This document shows positions 34,589 through 34,647 of a stretch of DNA of 34,647 nucleotides, piece after piece (position 1 is the first letter of the stretch; every line of letters begins with the position of its first letter). The translations under genes were made by a program, and so were the position numbers. The stretch lies in NCBI GenBank assembly GCA_037442825.1, contig JBBIPN010000004.1, positions 1 to 34,647 of the forward strand, in the 5' to 3' direction. Origin of the DNA: Sulfurihydrogenibium sp. (lineage in GTDB: Bacteria; Aquificota; Aquificia; Aquificales; Hydrogenothermaceae). The notes under the pieces were generated by a model. It saw nothing but the letters and a program-made list of their open reading frames with translations, made no database searches and was not told where the DNA came from.

Positions 34589-34647
34589 GTTTCTAATGGA
34601 CCTGGTGGAGTTGAAAGTCGTCAATAATGAAAAAATTTGGGGTTATG
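34589..34647 (+). CRISPR. First repeat (GTTTCTAATGGACCTGGTGGAGTTGAAAG, 34589-34617) and partial first spacer of a CRISPR array continuing past the window
   Basis: 29-nt unit with GTTT start and TTGAAAG end. 24/29 identical to the Aquifex-type repeat as I recall it (GTTCCTAATGTACCGTGTGGAGTTGAAAC). Preceded by leader and promoter. Only one copy is visible. Confidence 0.68.

Overview
A gene-dense, low-GC bacterial chromosomal window. Gene content and protein style suggest Aquificota, probably Hydrogenothermaceae/Sulfurihydrogenibium-like (inference). It is mostly housekeeping: a partial AMP-ligase/ACP/acyltransferase fusion missed by the ORF track, alaS, agmatine deiminase, hisD, an isolated atpC, aspS, comF, a CDF transporter, an obgE-fmt-rlmB-aroA-mqnE run, an MFP+TolC pair with no pump, wecA-like, recN-uvrA-nth, ugd, an orphan peptide-ABC ATPase, two tandem CNNM/CorB genes and tRNA-Gly(GCC). 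Five things are not shown by the ORF track. (1) A probable CRISPR array begins at the right edge, with an AT-rich leader, a perfect sigma70 promoter, one Aquificae-type repeat and a partial spacer. (2) A heavily decayed Rpn/YhgA-family nuclease remnant lies between obgE and tolC. (3) The UDP-HexNAc dehydrogenase is split by a single homopolymer frameshift. (4) A secreted rhodanese has a decayed C-terminus. (5) Two well-positioned palindromes look like TetR-type and Crp/Fnr-type operators. I cannot support a claim of a wholly new biological system from this window alone. The best leads are the edge CRISPR locus, the tri-domain lipid enzyme and the two orphan operator sites.
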